A DNA stretch of 62,680 nt from Octopus bimaculoides (lineage: Eukaryota): assembly GCF_001194135.2 (NCBI RefSeq), contig NC_068984.1, positions 668,356-731,035 on the forward strand, read 5' to 3'. A program made the translations under genes and the position numbers. Shown one piece after another: positions 13,425 through 26,333 of this stretch. Within the stretch, counting starts at the first letter, position 1; each line of letters opens with the position of its first letter. Below the pieces are notes generated by a model. That model was not told the origin of the DNA, searched no databases, and saw nothing but the letters and a program-made list of their open reading frames with translations.

Positions 13425-13800
13425 TCGGTTACAACGACAAGGGTTCCAGTTGATCCGATCAACGGAACAGCCTACTTGTGAAATTAACGTGCAAGTGGCT
13501 GAGCACTCCACAGACACGTGTACCCTTAACTTAGTTGTCGGGGAGATTCAACGTGACACAGAGTGTGACAAGGCCGGCCCCTTTGAAATACAGGTACAAC
13601 AGAAACAAGAAAGAGTGAGAGAAAGTTGTGGTGAAAGAATACAGCCTGGTTCGCCACCCCCCCCCTGCCGGAGCCGGAGCCTCGTGGAGATCTAGGTGCT
13701 TTCGATCAATAAACACTCACATCGCCCGGTCTGGGAATCGAAACAGTGATCGTATGATCGCGAGTCCGCTGCCCTAACCACTGGGCCATTGCATCTCCAC
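13425..13800 (-). mobile_element. tRNA-derived SINE family S3 with a conserved central domain
   Basis: Minus-strand head GGAGATGCAATGGCCCAGTGGTTAGGGCAGCGGACTCGCG...TTCGATTCCCAGACC has A and B boxes. The body GTGGCTGAGCACTCCACAGACACGTGTACCCTTAAC...GTGACACAGAGTGTGACAAGG recurs, decayed, at about 50190-50310. Confidence 0.8.
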
Positions 13801-14682
13801 TATAAGCTATTACATAAGTTGTGTCACAAAAATAGTTTTCTTTAGGTCGAGAAAATGGTTGAGATTTGAACAAACACTGACTCAGTTTAACACACACATT
13901 AGAAGACTCACATATCAGGGACGGTACCACTGCTTTATTGATTAACATACACCAATTCCTAGCTCATTGAGCCAACTTCGTCTTGTCAGGCACTTGTAAA
14001 TGGCTTTCATTCAGCTATCTGTATATTCCTTCCTTTCAAATCCACCAAACACACTTGGCTTCATTTCTCTTGTTAAACCAACTGCTTTCTACATTCCAGG
14101 CCTGACACTAAGCGATCTTCTCCAGAAATGTAGACCACTATTTCAGTACGCTCTCCGTTTGTGTTTCACCTGAAGACATTGATTATTCTAGCCTTAATAA
14201 CAGGGTTCCTTGCTTTTTAAATTTAAAGGTGCTCTACTATTTTATATATAAGTCAAATCATTGCTACACACAACCTTCGGGATTCCGTACTAAACCCCAT
14301 AGTTCTGCCAACTTCATCCCCCGAAGACATTATTCTCCAGCCACATTTTCACTTAAATGACTGGTTTACAACATTTCAAACCAAACATGAACGGCACCAA
14401 CCCTATACCAGCTACTTAAATCTCCGAACCTCGCAAAAGCCTAAAGCAAATATGAACGCTACCCCTATCTCTGCTATTAAAACAGTGAGACAAAATGGTT
14501 TATAGAAGCGTAAATATAAATTCAAAACTAGTGTGGGTTTGCGATGATAAATCTTTTGAAATTCACTCATCTATGAAAAAAATCTCAAAGATATATGACA
14601 AATTATTAAAATGTGTAAACCTGGAAAAGATTTTTGCTTTCAGCAGAATACAATTCAAGGAGAAGCTGTTTCTAGCTGTACT

Positions 14683-14748
<66 letters not shown>

Positions 14749-14775
14749 GTGTGTGTGTGTGAGAGAGCGGGGTGG

Positions 14776-14806
<31 letters not shown>

Positions 14807-14860
14807 CGTACATGTGTATAAATACATGTGTATAAACGTATGTATGCAGATATATGTGGG

Positions 14861-14891
<31 letters not shown>

Positions 14892-15759
14892 ATTTGTACA
14901 AATATATACGTATATGTATGTACGCAGCAGGCATAACTATACATTTTTATGTAAGTTGGTTATAAAACAACTTTTAAGGAGTCCATAACTTTCCAAAAAT
15001 ATTTTATAGTTCTACGACAAATAAAGCTAAGAGTTGTGTAAATAATGGGTTTTTATGATGGAATTCATTATAAGTTTTCCTTCTGTGAAACAATGTACCA
15101 TACTGTGATGTAGAAATGAACAGATTTACTGCGGAGTTTTCTCGAAATCTGCAGATTTAATCACAAATGAAGTCTTTCAGGTGTACAATTGTGCCTATAC
15201 TTCTTCAATAAATACAAAATAGAAAAATATACCCATAAAAGAATTCGCCTGAGTAAATATGTGATTTGTTCTGTGTAATATAATGGAAAATGTAGTGAAA
15301 CGAATAACTAACGCCATTTAGAGAAATGAAATGTTTAGATATTAACACCAAAAATATTTAGACATATTTGTTATTACGAACAAAAGTCGAGCAAGGTCTG
15401 TGCCATAGATCTTTCTATTTCTTTTCTTTTTCTTTTTTTTTTTTTGAAGTCTCGTTTCAGACATTTTGAAATAGTTAGTTCCAATTATTGATTTATTGTT
15501 GCAATTGAACCCTAATGAGTGATTAAAGATTATTGGTACTTGGTCAACGAAACCCCGACCCTAGATATGTATACAATGCTTCTTCACTGTTGAGGACCAG
15601 TTTGCTAAACATGCAGTTTAGTGGTTTGAGTAGACTGAGGAATTCATGAAGATTCTGGCGATGACCAAGGCAAAGGTAATTAAAAGAAAGATTTTAGTTC
15701 CTATAGATTCATCTCCAATGGAGTGCCTTACTACCAACTGGGTTTGTTCATGGGACTAC

Positions 15760-16650
15760 TGTTTGATGTGAAACCATAGAGCAATGATTCTCATGCTGAC
15801 GAATACCGACCCCCATCATCATCACCACAAACGAAAATTTCACCTCCCTCCTCCATTTTTTGATGCGAAAACAAAATAGAATTATATAAGTACAAGCTCT
15901 ATTTCTTTCTTTGTCATAGTGTTGAATAAATTCAAAATGGTGAATCCCATCTTGGTCGCTTTGTTCCAAGCTATTCAAAGATATTGCAAGCTTTTCTTTT
16001 GATGTGACTAAAGCTATCGTAGTGTAGGGAAACCGTCTACATATTCAGCAGGTACCCCGTGGTCACCAGCCTTTCGCTCCTTGAGAGTTCGCCTACAGAA
16101 CGGTTCCTTCAGCAGTCTTTCGTCACTCAACAATTTTGAGTTGTTCTCATTTGCTATGGTCTCATTTGCTACCCCTAGAGGGTCTCTTCTTGTGTGGGTT
16201 CTAGAATCAATCTTCTGCATAACATAGTGCAGCGACCTCGTTGGGTAACCGCAGCAACCGTTTGAACGGGGACGCGGGCTACATTCCATTCTTTAAAAGC
16301 CTGAATATCCGAGTTCTGATATTGATAGTTGGTGACAAATGTGAAGTTTGTGTTCCAGCTGACAGTGACTTCGAAGGACAATGAGTGTGTTTCATACTCC
16401 TCGATAGAAGAACCATGTCTGGTCAAAGTATTAACATATCTTCTGGAAAGATGAGTCTAGGTTTCAGATACACTTGCATCCCCCAATTCGGGAGTTAATG
16501 CAGGATAGAAAATGGCTCCCCATCTCAGCTGCTTTTGGCTTAACAGTAATTTATCTTTTCTGAGTAATGTCTTTCGTTTGGAGATGCTAAATGCTCCACC
16601 TTTTTCAATCTTCCCAGCATTCTTCCTATGAGAAATACCAAATTACGTGG
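15760..16650 (-). mobile_element. Highly decayed RTE-like LINE 3' portion
   Basis: Minus frames give EWNVARVP (WAGHVARM-like), DERLLKEPFCRRTLKERK (DDRLPKQLFYGELKEG-like) and GVGIRQHENHC (terminal GLxSH-like). Confidence 0.45.
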
Positions 16651-16731
16651 AAAATTCAGTTGCTATTTTTAGCAGGTCAAACAATGATATAAAGGTATTG
16701 TACTTAAAAGGTAGACGCAGTTTATTAATTA

Positions 16732-16992
16732 CAGTGGAACCTCGGTTACGAATTTAATTCGTTCCTGAAAGCAGTTCGTCACCCGAAATGTTCGTAAACC
16801 GAAACTATTTTCCCCATAGGAAATTTAAGAGATGTGCACCGAACGTGATGTGCACCGAACAAAAACTAAACAGCAACCGACTCTCTCCCGCTGATACTTC
16901 CAGCTTGTTACCGGTTTGCGTATTCGTAACGTGAGACGCCGTAATCCTTCGTAAACCGTGATGTGAGGCGTTCGTAAGCCGAGATTCCACTG
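16732..16992. mobile_element. Tigger/pogo-type MITE, 261 bp
   Basis: TIRs CAGTGGAACCTCGGTTACGAA (16732) and reverse complement CAGTGGAATCTCGGCTTACGAA (ends 16992). TA duplication at 16730-16731 and 16993-16994. Repeated internal TTCGTAA motifs. Confidence 0.92.
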
Positions 16993-17616
16993 TACTGGTG
17001 GTAGGAGTAATCAACTATCGACATTTCTTCTTGTTTTGACCTCTTATTCTCATGTTTTACTTCATAACCACAGAGCAATATAGTTCTCTCGTCATATCAA
17101 CAGCTCACTAATTGCATTATTTATCAAATATGTGAGACGAGAGATTCCATTAACTGCGGAATTAATAAAACAGAAGCCAGGCAATCAATGCTTTCGTCCA
17201 CTCTATAAAAAGTATGGAGACCTGCACGAGCATAAAATATTGTAAATAACTAACGGTCACGTGATGAACTTAGCTTAATCAATTTTAGAGAAGCGTGTGT
17301 GACTACTATAAACACACGCACACACTCATGAATCTGACTATATATATATAATAATATACATATACATGATATATGTATATATAATATACATACATACATA
17401 CACACACACATATAAACGTATACATTTATATTTGCTTATGTGTATATAAACATACATACATACATGCATGTGTGCGTGTGTGTATGCATGTATGTATGTA
17501 TAAATATATACACATGCATGTGCATTTATAGAAATACACACTCAGACATACATATATGTGTGTGTATGTGCATCTACCCTCTACAAAAGCATATGCATTT
17601 AAATATGTGTATATAT

Positions 17617-17651
<35 letters not shown>

Positions 17652-18124
17652 TCTATTCCATATAGCTCCCACAAACATACACAAAAATATATATGAAATG
17701 TTGCAATATTAAAAAAACAAAAACGTTAATTTTCGCAGTTTGTTCTGTGTTTTATTAATGTTGGAAATTAGGTTTTCATTATTTCTTTTTGTTTGGTGTA
17801 TTTCACGGCACCACGTTAAATATGTTCCTGTCTACAATATATTTATATATTCTCCTGCAACATATGCGACATATTTAATTAATAATTATGCTGGATCTTC
17901 ATCACATTGCTATATTTCTTCTCACTATTCCAAATATGTGACAACGAATAATTAAAATTCTTTCTCTCTTTCTTCGAGTGCAATCTGCACCAGGAAAAAA
18001 TACAGACAAGCTACTCGGTACGTGTGACTACGTAGAATACATACACACACACACACACACATTTTCTTTCCCAGTTTAATCTCGAGAGCTGAGGCCGCGT
18101 CGGGGTACCGTCATTTTGACTATA

Positions 18125-18205
<81 letters not shown>

Positions 18206-18499
18206 CAATGTTACAAACCAATCCGAATATGCTTCATGCACGTTCGAAGTGGGGAACAAGCTGCTAGCTGTATTTTGTCAAGGGCAAGATATCTCGCTTG
18301 TTGACAAATGATGTGTATACACCTTGATCAGCTCGCAGCGCCATCTGCCTGGACTATGAGATGTTAACATTTCGGAGTAGTTGTCCCCTCATTGGTCACT
18401 GCGCCCCAACCCGTAATTTACAGAGGAAAAGGAAAAAAGAAAAAAATGAAATAAATAAACAAAGACAATAAAAAGGGAAAAATGGAAAGAAAATTCACA

Positions 18500-18700
18500 G
18501 TGACAATGCGCTTTCCAATATGTGTGACCAGTTCCCAGTTAAGACAATATTTTGCACTTCCTGCATGGATGGTAGGCTAGCGATCATCCTGAAATAATTG
18601 TCACTTCCATATCATTCCAAGTGCTCCAACAATCACTGGTATTGTAACCGTCTTGATTTTATATTTTTTGAGCTTATCAAATTCTTTTGCCGATATATTA
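18500..18700 (-). mobile_element. 3' remnant of an R4/Dong-like LINE, different subfamily
   Basis: Minus frames give HNISAKEFDKLKKYK and KTVTIPVIVGALGMI, followed by frameshifted LPSMQEVQNIVLTG-like sequence. Confidence 0.75.
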
Positions 18701-18879
18701 TGAACACAAGTTATTCCCATGTCAATCAATAAACTTTATTGTTTTAGTCTTTCATAATAATATTTGGTTTATTACCATGGACGATCCGGTCTGTATGTAC
18801 TGGAAATACGCAAAGGATCGTTACAGTTTCTCTCTCGGATACAGCCTCAGGGTGGGGCTTGTACCATTTGTCAGCAGTT

Positions 18880-19255
18880 TTGATGCAGACCCATGCATCA
18901 CAAATATATGTGCGCGAGACATGGTGATCTCGTATCAAGATAAACAGCGCATGACTTTGCAGGTGGGGCCCAGTTAGAATTTTCTAACTGTAGCCCATCC
19001 CGTTCAAATGGTCATTGAATAAGGGTTGTTTAAGGATGTTGAATAAAACACCTATGTTCCCAGAAGTGAATTATCCAAATCCCAAAGAATTCCTCTCAAT
19101 ACATGGCTGTGATGCTCCCCAACTACTTCTGCTCGTAACCAGAGATGCACATATCGTCAGCCACCAAGGGACATGCTCAACTGGTTAAGGTCAAACAACT
19201 GACAAGCAAATCTGTGGTATTAAGCAGAATATTTGTTGTAGCCCATCTTTTATAT
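18880..19255 (+). mobile_element. Interspersed repeat family S4 (SINE-like)
   Basis: Collinear with the reverse complement of 52490-52778 (ATGTGCGCG..ATCAAGATAAACAG..GGCCCAGTTAGAATTTTCT..AAGGGTTGTTTAA..CCAGAAGTGAA). A 5' fragment also occurs at 2470-2500. Confidence 0.8.
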
Positions 19256-19489
19256 GAAGTGTCTCTAGTTGCATGCGAACAGAAACAAAAAAAATTAAAT
19301 ATCCGAAATTGTCAGGCATTTTGTTTCTGGCTATTTGGAGTAGACGTCCACCTGGCCCCCGGAGGTTGAATATTATCCAAAGAGATATTTTGTCTTTCAG
19401 TTGTAAATGCTATGAAAAATAAAAAGTCTATTCACCTATTCTACTAATTTAGGCAGGAAGCTATCAGTTTAAAGTAAGAGGATAATTTA

Positions 19490-19640
19490 ACAGCATCGGC
19501 CCTAGTATTTGACGGATGCTTCATTTGAAAACTCAAAATCTATGAAAGACAAAGTTAACCTCGGTGAGATTTGAACTTAGAACTGAAAGATAAATACCAC
19601 AAAACATTGTCCCGACGCCCTCACCATTCTTCCAACTGAA
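19490..19640 (-). mobile_element. SINE family S2, decayed copy
   Basis: GAAAGACAAAGTTAACCTCGGTGAGATTTGAACTTAGAAC matches the S2 core. Confidence 0.65.
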
Positions 19641-20379
19641 AAATACTCTGAAGAGAACAAGGGAAAACTAAACCAACCATAATATCTAGGAGTGAATCTA
19701 CAAGAATATCTAGAATAGCGAAAATACACAAAATTTTCTAACAAATTGAAATTTAGCACAAATATAGAAATATTAGTAAAAAACAGACACACCAAAAACA
19801 AAACTGTTTTTGTCTTTAAGGAAGTCAAAAATAGAAAATAGAGGCTGGAATGACTGATTAGAAACGGGAAACCATAACATAAAATAGGAAAAAGTTAAAA
19901 GCAAAGGGAACAACAGTGCCACAGAGTTTCATACAAAACTGCTAACATGAAAAGTCAATACAATGTTAGAAAAGATCGAACAGGGTGAAAATAGTGAAAG
20001 AAAACTCCAACAAACAGAAACGACGCAGAAAAGTAAAGATTAAAGGATTTCTGGATGTGATGCAAGATCAAAGTCTTTCATCAGAAACCACCAAAAGCAT
20101 TTGATGAAGCAGGATACATTAAGTAATTACAGAATACAGAGGTGGGAGTGTGGCGCGAAAAAAGAATATATATGGCTTGCTTGTATGTGAAACTTTGGGC
20201 TTTAGCGATAGTAGAGATGTATGAATGCCTTAACTCTCGACACCAACATCGAGAGAGAGATTGTATAAAGATACACAAGTAAAGGTTTTAAAAACTAACA
20301 AAGTGTAGCATAGACCAATCGATAAAGATAGGAAGATTAAGGCTAGTCAAGGATTACCAGGGAAGGACGGGTGTGTAAA

Positions 20380-20478
20380 CAACAAACAGATGTATTAGTT
20401 TAACGCTCGGGAAGTGAGAGAGTCTTTTAGGTTTCGAGCTTACGCTCTTCAACAGAAAGGAACACAGAAATAAACAGA
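20380..20478 (-). mobile_element. Short repeat carrying an HHR-like motif (family D)
   Basis: GATGTATTAGTTTAACGCTCGGGAAG...TTTCGAGCTTACGCTCTTCAACAGAAAGGAACACAGAAATAAACAG is nearly identical to 47657-47746. Minus strand reads CTTT-CTGTTGA-A-GAGC-GTAA-GCTC-GAAA-CC-TA-AAAG. Confidence 0.7.
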
Positions 20479-20604
20479 AAGAAAATAAAATAAAACGAGA
20501 GAAAATAAAACAAAAACGAGAGAAAATAAAAGGAATGTACTCTCAGTTGAAGAAACAGTATTAATAACCAATAATGTGTCTCTTGAAGAAACGAGAGAAT
20601 TCTA

Positions 20605-21485
20605 CGAGGTGCGTTCAAAAAGTATCCGAATTTATTTATTAAGGCCAAAACTAATGACGTATGGGCAAAATCCTTTGGGTGGGAAGTGACATCACGTCTC
20701 CTGCGCATGCGTGAACACTTGTGCTCCGGTAGGCCTCGTCAGTTCCCGGTTGTTACGCCTAGAGTACAGACGTGTAGTGCAAGCTCGTTGGATTTTCGTT
20801 TCCACGCAGTATGACCGACCGCATTGAGCAGAGACCCTAAACTTATGTCTTATCACCAGTGATGATGGTCTTCGTGAAGTCTGGGTCGTGGTTTTCACAG
20901 TCCAGCATGTCCCGAGAGAGAGAAGCTTCTGTGACTCAACCAACACCTTCCGCCCACACTTCCCGCCTGCACAAATCTTCCGTTACAATGGAATACACTG
21001 ATCCTGCGGCAAATTCACACTTCGTGAGCATTATTAAACGATGGTCTTCTATGACTATACTCAGTCGATTCTACGTTTCGGTTTGCGGATGGCTGAGGGT
21101 ACCTCGCCCTCCACTGAGGTGAGGCCAAGCTTGAAGCGGTTGTACTACTCCTTGATCTGAGTTTTGCCCATGGGATCAATGCCAAAGGCTTGCTGAATCT
21201 TTTGGATGGTTTGAGCTTCAATATCACTAAGGTTTTGGCAAATCATGATGCAATACCTCTGATCGATGGGTTCACTCATCTTGCGGGAAAATTAAAATCC
21301 GACCAGCACGCACTAGACGTCTGTACTCTAGACATAACAGCCAGGAAATGACAAGGTCTAGCGGAGAGAAAATTTTTACACATGCACAGTAAGGATGGTG
21401 TTACTTCCCATCCGCAGGATTTTGCCTACATGGCATTAGTTTTAGCGGTAAAGAGTAAAGTAGGACACATTTTAAACGCACCTCG
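20605..21485. mobile_element. Mariner derivative made of two inward-facing 5' ends
   Basis: TA-flanked ends CGAGGTGCGTTCAAAAAGTATCC and reverse complement CGAGGTGCGTTTAAAATGTGTCC. Plus strand: UTR then MTDRIEQR (ATG 20811). Minus strand: UTR then MSEPIDQRYC (ATG 21279)..TIQKIQQAFG..MGKTQIKE*YNRFK..DPDFTKTIITGD. Confidence 0.85.
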
Positions 21486-21563
21486 TATGAATATAAAAGT
21501 CTAGAAATAGGGATAAACCGAAAGTGAAGGGCTGAAAACGAACGATACCTGAAGTTATAATTA

Positions 21564-21609
<46 letters not shown>

Positions 21610-22216
21610 GTGTGTACCAAGATATACATACGTTTCCAACATACAGAAGCATACAAATGCACACACGCACGCACGAGCGCGCGCGGACTTATCTAATTTT
21701 GGTCGTTCTACTCATATCACCAATTAATCCCATCAGTGTCATTTTATTTTAAACACTTTCCTTTTAACGCTTTCTGTATTCCCACAGCCAATGGAGGCAG
21801 TTGTTGTTCAACATGTTTAGAGCTGTTTATTATCTGGTATTATTATTATTTATTATATGGTTCCATCTCCTTGTAACCATCATCATCATCATCAAGAGCA
21901 GCGACTTTCTCGTTGTTGTACGAAAGAGGAAAGCAGGGAGAAAAAGTTATTAATCCTGTTCGGTTTTGTCTCCTTTCATTCTATTCAAATATTTATTCTG
22001 ACTTATTAACATATTTTTATTGCTTTCAAATCCTCTCTCTATGTATGTATGTATTTGTTTTGTTTGTATGTATGAATGTATCTTTGGTACACTTGCATAC
22101 GTTCTAACGTATACCTACACCAACACAAAGGCATGCACACCGATACAAACACTAAAAATATGTAAAAATTCATAAGTATACGCATCTGTGTATACATGCA
22201 TACTTGCATATGTGTG

Positions 22217-22281
<65 letters not shown>

Positions 22282-22899
22282 GTAATATTTATGTGTGTGT
22301 GTGTGTGCATGTGTGTAATGGTCGCACTCATCGATTTCGACGTATGAGTGTTTGAAGGAGAGGATTTAAAGTTAGATGGGAAAAGAGAAAACAACTTTCT
22401 GTGGTGTGCATCGTTATCTGCGCATGCGTTTGTGCCTGTATCTCTATGTGCGCGTGTGCCGCTGTCTATATGCTTAGTATGTGTGTGGTGTGTGGTGTGT
22501 GTGTCTACATATGGGTTTGCCTACTAAACAGTGCATGTCCTAATTTTATTTTATTCATTCATTTATTTATGTATTTCTCATTCCCTCTTAAGTATGTGTG
22601 TGTTGTGTGGTGTGTGTGTTGTGTGTTGTGTGTGTTGTGTGGTGTGTGTGTATGCGTTTATGTATGATGTTTTTATCCGTGTCTTTTTTTCTCTCATTCT
22701 GACTTTAGCCGTCATGTTGCGCAGTGTGGTGAGGGGAAGTTATTGCTCTATTCCTATTTTCAGTTGAAGCTTGACCAGTCAATTACTGTGTGTATGACCT
22801 CTGCAATCTGTCAAAGTGTCGTGTCTGTTATATATATTGATAATACCTCAACATCTTTGTTATCAACCGAGACCCAATGTTCTAATTGAGCTTATTGGT

Positions 22900-23090
22900 A
22901 GAGCATGACGTGCTTCTTTCCCGTTTGAGCTCCTGCCAGCGCTCACCTCTCCGCTCCCTTACGCTATGTGGTGTCTCCTCAATGCATGCTGTTCTCTAGT
23001 TTCTGCACCGTCCCTCAGTACATCGTATGCTACGGACTACATTTCCAATCTGACAGTTGACCTGTGGGTTCATCCTACATACTAGACAGT
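22900..23090 (-). mobile_element. Possible RTE-like LINE 3' tail remnant
   Basis: Minus frame MNPQVNCQIG...RERRGERWQEL loosely resembles WNPQGKRKxG...DRERWR. Confidence 0.3.
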
Positions 23091-23115
23091 TATCCATCCG
23101 TACATGACAGCTTTC

Positions 23116-23170
<55 letters not shown>

Positions 23171-23427
23171 ATTAGAAGCACAAGCATTTTCAAGCGCGGG
23201 AGACGAAAGATTCTTGAAAGCAATAACAAATATTCTATTTCTTTTATTTTAGTTTATTTCAATCTAATATCTTGAATATGACTTTCTGAATATGAAAAAG
23301 ACTATATATAAATGAACTAAGGAGCAATTCTCTCATTTCGTCTAGCATTATTATTATTATTATTATTACCAATTTACTATATATAAATGTGTGTGTGTGT
23401 GTGTATATTTACACACACACTAAAGCG

Positions 23428-23464
<37 letters not shown>

Positions 23465-23839
23465 GCATCTGCCAAACAACCTCAGAAATTTGGTGATTTT
23501 TGAGGTGTGGAGTAGATGTGGAGGTCTTCAAAAGGCGTTTGAACAAATTTTTATCTGACATAGAACGTTTTCCATCCTTTCGATAATGTCATTCATGACG
23601 TAAGCACATGTTTTGAAGTTACTAAAAGCCAAGCGCTTAGATGCTTGTCTTCGTTTTTATTTATTGTTGAAATATTAAATTCACTCGAATCAAATTGTAT
23701 CGCAGTTTCTGCCGAATCATTTTTGTTTTGAAGTTGATATATAATACCATATTAAATGGTATTTCAAAAAAAAAAAAAATCTAAAAGTTCTCGAAAATTC
23801 ACACAGGTTTCTGTTTGCGAAGCTGGGCTCATATTACAT

Positions 23840-25010
23840 GCTTTAATGCACTGAAAATTTATAAAGTAGGGAAGGTACGAACAGTGATGACATTGAGAGA
23901 GTCGAAGGACACGGAAATCAGGCAGAATCTATCAGATGTGAAAACGGCCAGGAAGCGGGAAGCTGAGACTGATGACATCTTGTCTTCTCTTACACACCGA
24001 GATATGATGGGTGCAACACAAATTCACCGGAAGGGACTCGGTTTTGGCGCAGATCGGTTCAGGCCGTTTGCAAGTATGATGCGGAACGAACGCAGATCTG
24101 TTGTTAGCAACAGCGTCAAAACAAGGGAAGCAGAGAGAAGAGAGCTTCATTTGATCCACTTCACTCAACAAGGACAAATAGGAGGAACATGTTGAAAAAA
24201 ATAAGTTGGAATGAGATATGGAGGTGGACCACATCTCGGCTAAGTTTTCTGATTCGTTCATCCTCTGATGTTTTGCCATTACCTGCAAATCTCGTAAGAT
24301 GGAACGTCTCAGAGAATGACAGATGTAAATGCGGAAAGGCCGGAACACTGAAACATATTCTTTCCAACTGTTCCTTAGCATTGAACAGGTATACATAGAG
24401 ACACAACCTGGTCCTGAAGGTTATCTTCAATGCTATAAACAACCACATTGATCGCAGCAACAGTGAAAATAAAAACCGTTGAAAGTACCAATTAGAGATT
24501 TCATTACCTTCGTGCTTTCAGGACAGCAGATCCGTTTCAAGAAGAAACTTCCTGTGAACGATGAAAAGTGGAACGGCTTTTGAGAGGTGGCTGCAGATTT
24601 ACCTGCGTGCCAGGAATTCTTTCCCAAGCCAGTTACGAAAAAACTGGACATTTTAATGTGGTATGAAAGAAAGAAAGTTGTGAATCTGGTCGAAATAACG
24701 GTTCCTCATGAAGATAACGGACGCCGCTCAGGCTCGAAAGATTGACCGTTATGTAAACCTCCTTGAGGAATGTGAAGACACAAGCTGGAGAGCGGAGCAT
24801 TTTCCTATCGAAATCGGATGTAGAGGATTTTTTGGACACTGTGGGAAGCGACTGTTGTAATCGTTAGGCCTAACTCATCGTAAAACAAATACCACCATGT
24901 GTGATATCCATGTGTGATATCCAAACTACAGTGGAGAAGGCCAGCCACTGGATTTGGTTAAAAAGAGACGATGAGCGATGGCTGGNNNNNNNNNNATGAG
25001 CGATGGCTAG
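23840..25010 (+). mobile_element. Hero-like REL-endonuclease LINE, 3' part, decayed
   Basis: YKVGKVRTVMTLRES..RKGLG; KKISWNEIW..LSFLIRS..DVLPLPANLVRW..CKCGKAGTLKHILSNC (CCHC-type finger)..RHNLVL; EITVPHED..RKIDRY; HFPIEIGCRGF; EKASHWIWLKR. Confidence 0.88.
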
Positions 25011-25966
25011 AAGAATATTGAGCTATATCTGATAACCAGTTGATCTACCAAGCGGGGCCTCATATCAGTGAGGGGGGGGGCGGTGCGCATTGATGCTGTC
25101 GAGAGGTAGGCCCCGAAACGGTGTGCATTCTCTCCTGATGACTCCATACACGTGCTGGCTTCTGATATGCGGAGCTTTCGTCTGGTATCACTTGCATGTG
25201 CAAGTTGTTTTCAAAACGCCATATTTAATGGTAGTTCAAACAAAAGACAAAATCTAAAAGGCCTTGAGAGTTCACATAGGTTCCAATATGCGAATCGGGG
25301 CTCATTCTGCTTTAATGCACCGAAAATTCTTTTTACTGAATATACGCTGCTGCAATCGAGTCAAGCTTCATTCGTCCGTGCGCGCCTTTTATGCCACCAA
25401 CGACGAGGGCAATCAAATTTGTCGACATTTCAAACCTTATCACTTAATCTTGAAAATATTTTTTTAAATATCAAAAAGTGTTACATTAAGGTTTGATCTG
25501 CCTCGGTATTTACGATGCGGAATGAAACTGGTATGAAAGGAAAATGAACAGTAGAGTAGTTAGGTTGTGGAGGTAGGAGGGAGGAGTGAGCACATAAAAA
25601 AAGCACCGTCACACATAAAAGTATTTTAACTCATTTCTCTTATATTACGCGAAATATTTCATTAGTTGTAATACACGTAGTTGTATTCTACATTAATTTT
25701 CTGTTTCCATAACAACGTCATTATGTATAAAAGATACAACTACTAATATAGATATGGCGGGAATAAGATGAAACTTCACGGAATCGTCAAGTGTCGAAAG
25801 GTTATGACGTCAGGGTTTGTCTTGGTTCTTCAGATGTCAGCGGTCACCAACACATCGCGGAGGATTGAGGAGATAGTTCAGAAACACGAGAGGTTCGTCA
25901 AATGAATGAATGACTCCAGAAAGTTCTTCTAAGGCCATACGATTAACAATAGAGAAATAAATAATA

Positions 25967-26124
25967 GGCGCAGGCGTGGCTGTGTGGTAAGAAGCTTGCT
26001 TCTCAGCCACATGGGACCGGGTTCAGACCCATTGCGTAGAACCTTGGACAAGTGTCTTCTATAGCCTCAGGCCGACAAAGCCTTGTAATAGGTTTGATAG
26101 ACGGAAACTGAAAGAAGCCCGTCG

Positions 26125-26157
<33 letters not shown>

Positions 26158-26333
26158 TCGTCTCCCCACTCATCGTTTGACAACCCTTGCTAGTATGTTT
26201 ACGTCTCCGTAACTTAGCAGCTCGATAAAAGAGACAAATAGAATAAGTACTGGGGTGGGTACATTCGACTAAAAATTCTTTAAGACGGTGCTCCAGCATG
26301 ACCGCAGTCTGACGAGTGAAACAAGTAAAAAAT
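25967..26333 (+). mobile_element. Full-length tRNA-derived SINE family S1 with internal (TA)n(TG)n linker
   Basis: Head GGCGCAGGCGTGGCTGTGTGGTAAG..GGGTTCAGACCC (A and B boxes); tail GGTGCTCCAGCATGACCGCAGTC..GAAACAAGTAAAA. Reverse-orientation copy at 34665-35032. Confidence 0.88.

Noticed and set aside
14060-14420. Possible CR1/L2-like LINE 3' remnant (also 30400-30730, 36600-36850, 48850-49300)
   Set aside because: Similarity was only impressionistic, with no clear motif.
17085-17144. TCTCTCGTC..GACGAGAGA hairpin as a pre-miRNA
   Set aside because: Only about 9-13 bp pair and the interior is largely unpaired.
20045-20095. Minus strand CTGATGA-AAGA-CTTTGA-TCTT followed by GCATC
   Set aside because: Possibly an HHR relic, but GAAAC and the cleavage triplet are lost.
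24894-25010. Short direct duplications (CCATGTGTGATAT twice; ATGAGCGATGGCT on both sides of Ns)
   Set aside because: The duplication across the N run is most likely a scaffolding overlap artefact; the other is a trivial slippage duplication.
25113-25147. GAAAC...CTGATGA in the Hero LINE 3' UTR as a type II HHR
   Set aside because: Helices I and II cannot be formed.
25770-25900. Possible mariner HTH remnant (RIEEIVQKHER)
   Set aside because: Too short and degenerate, and no TIR was found.
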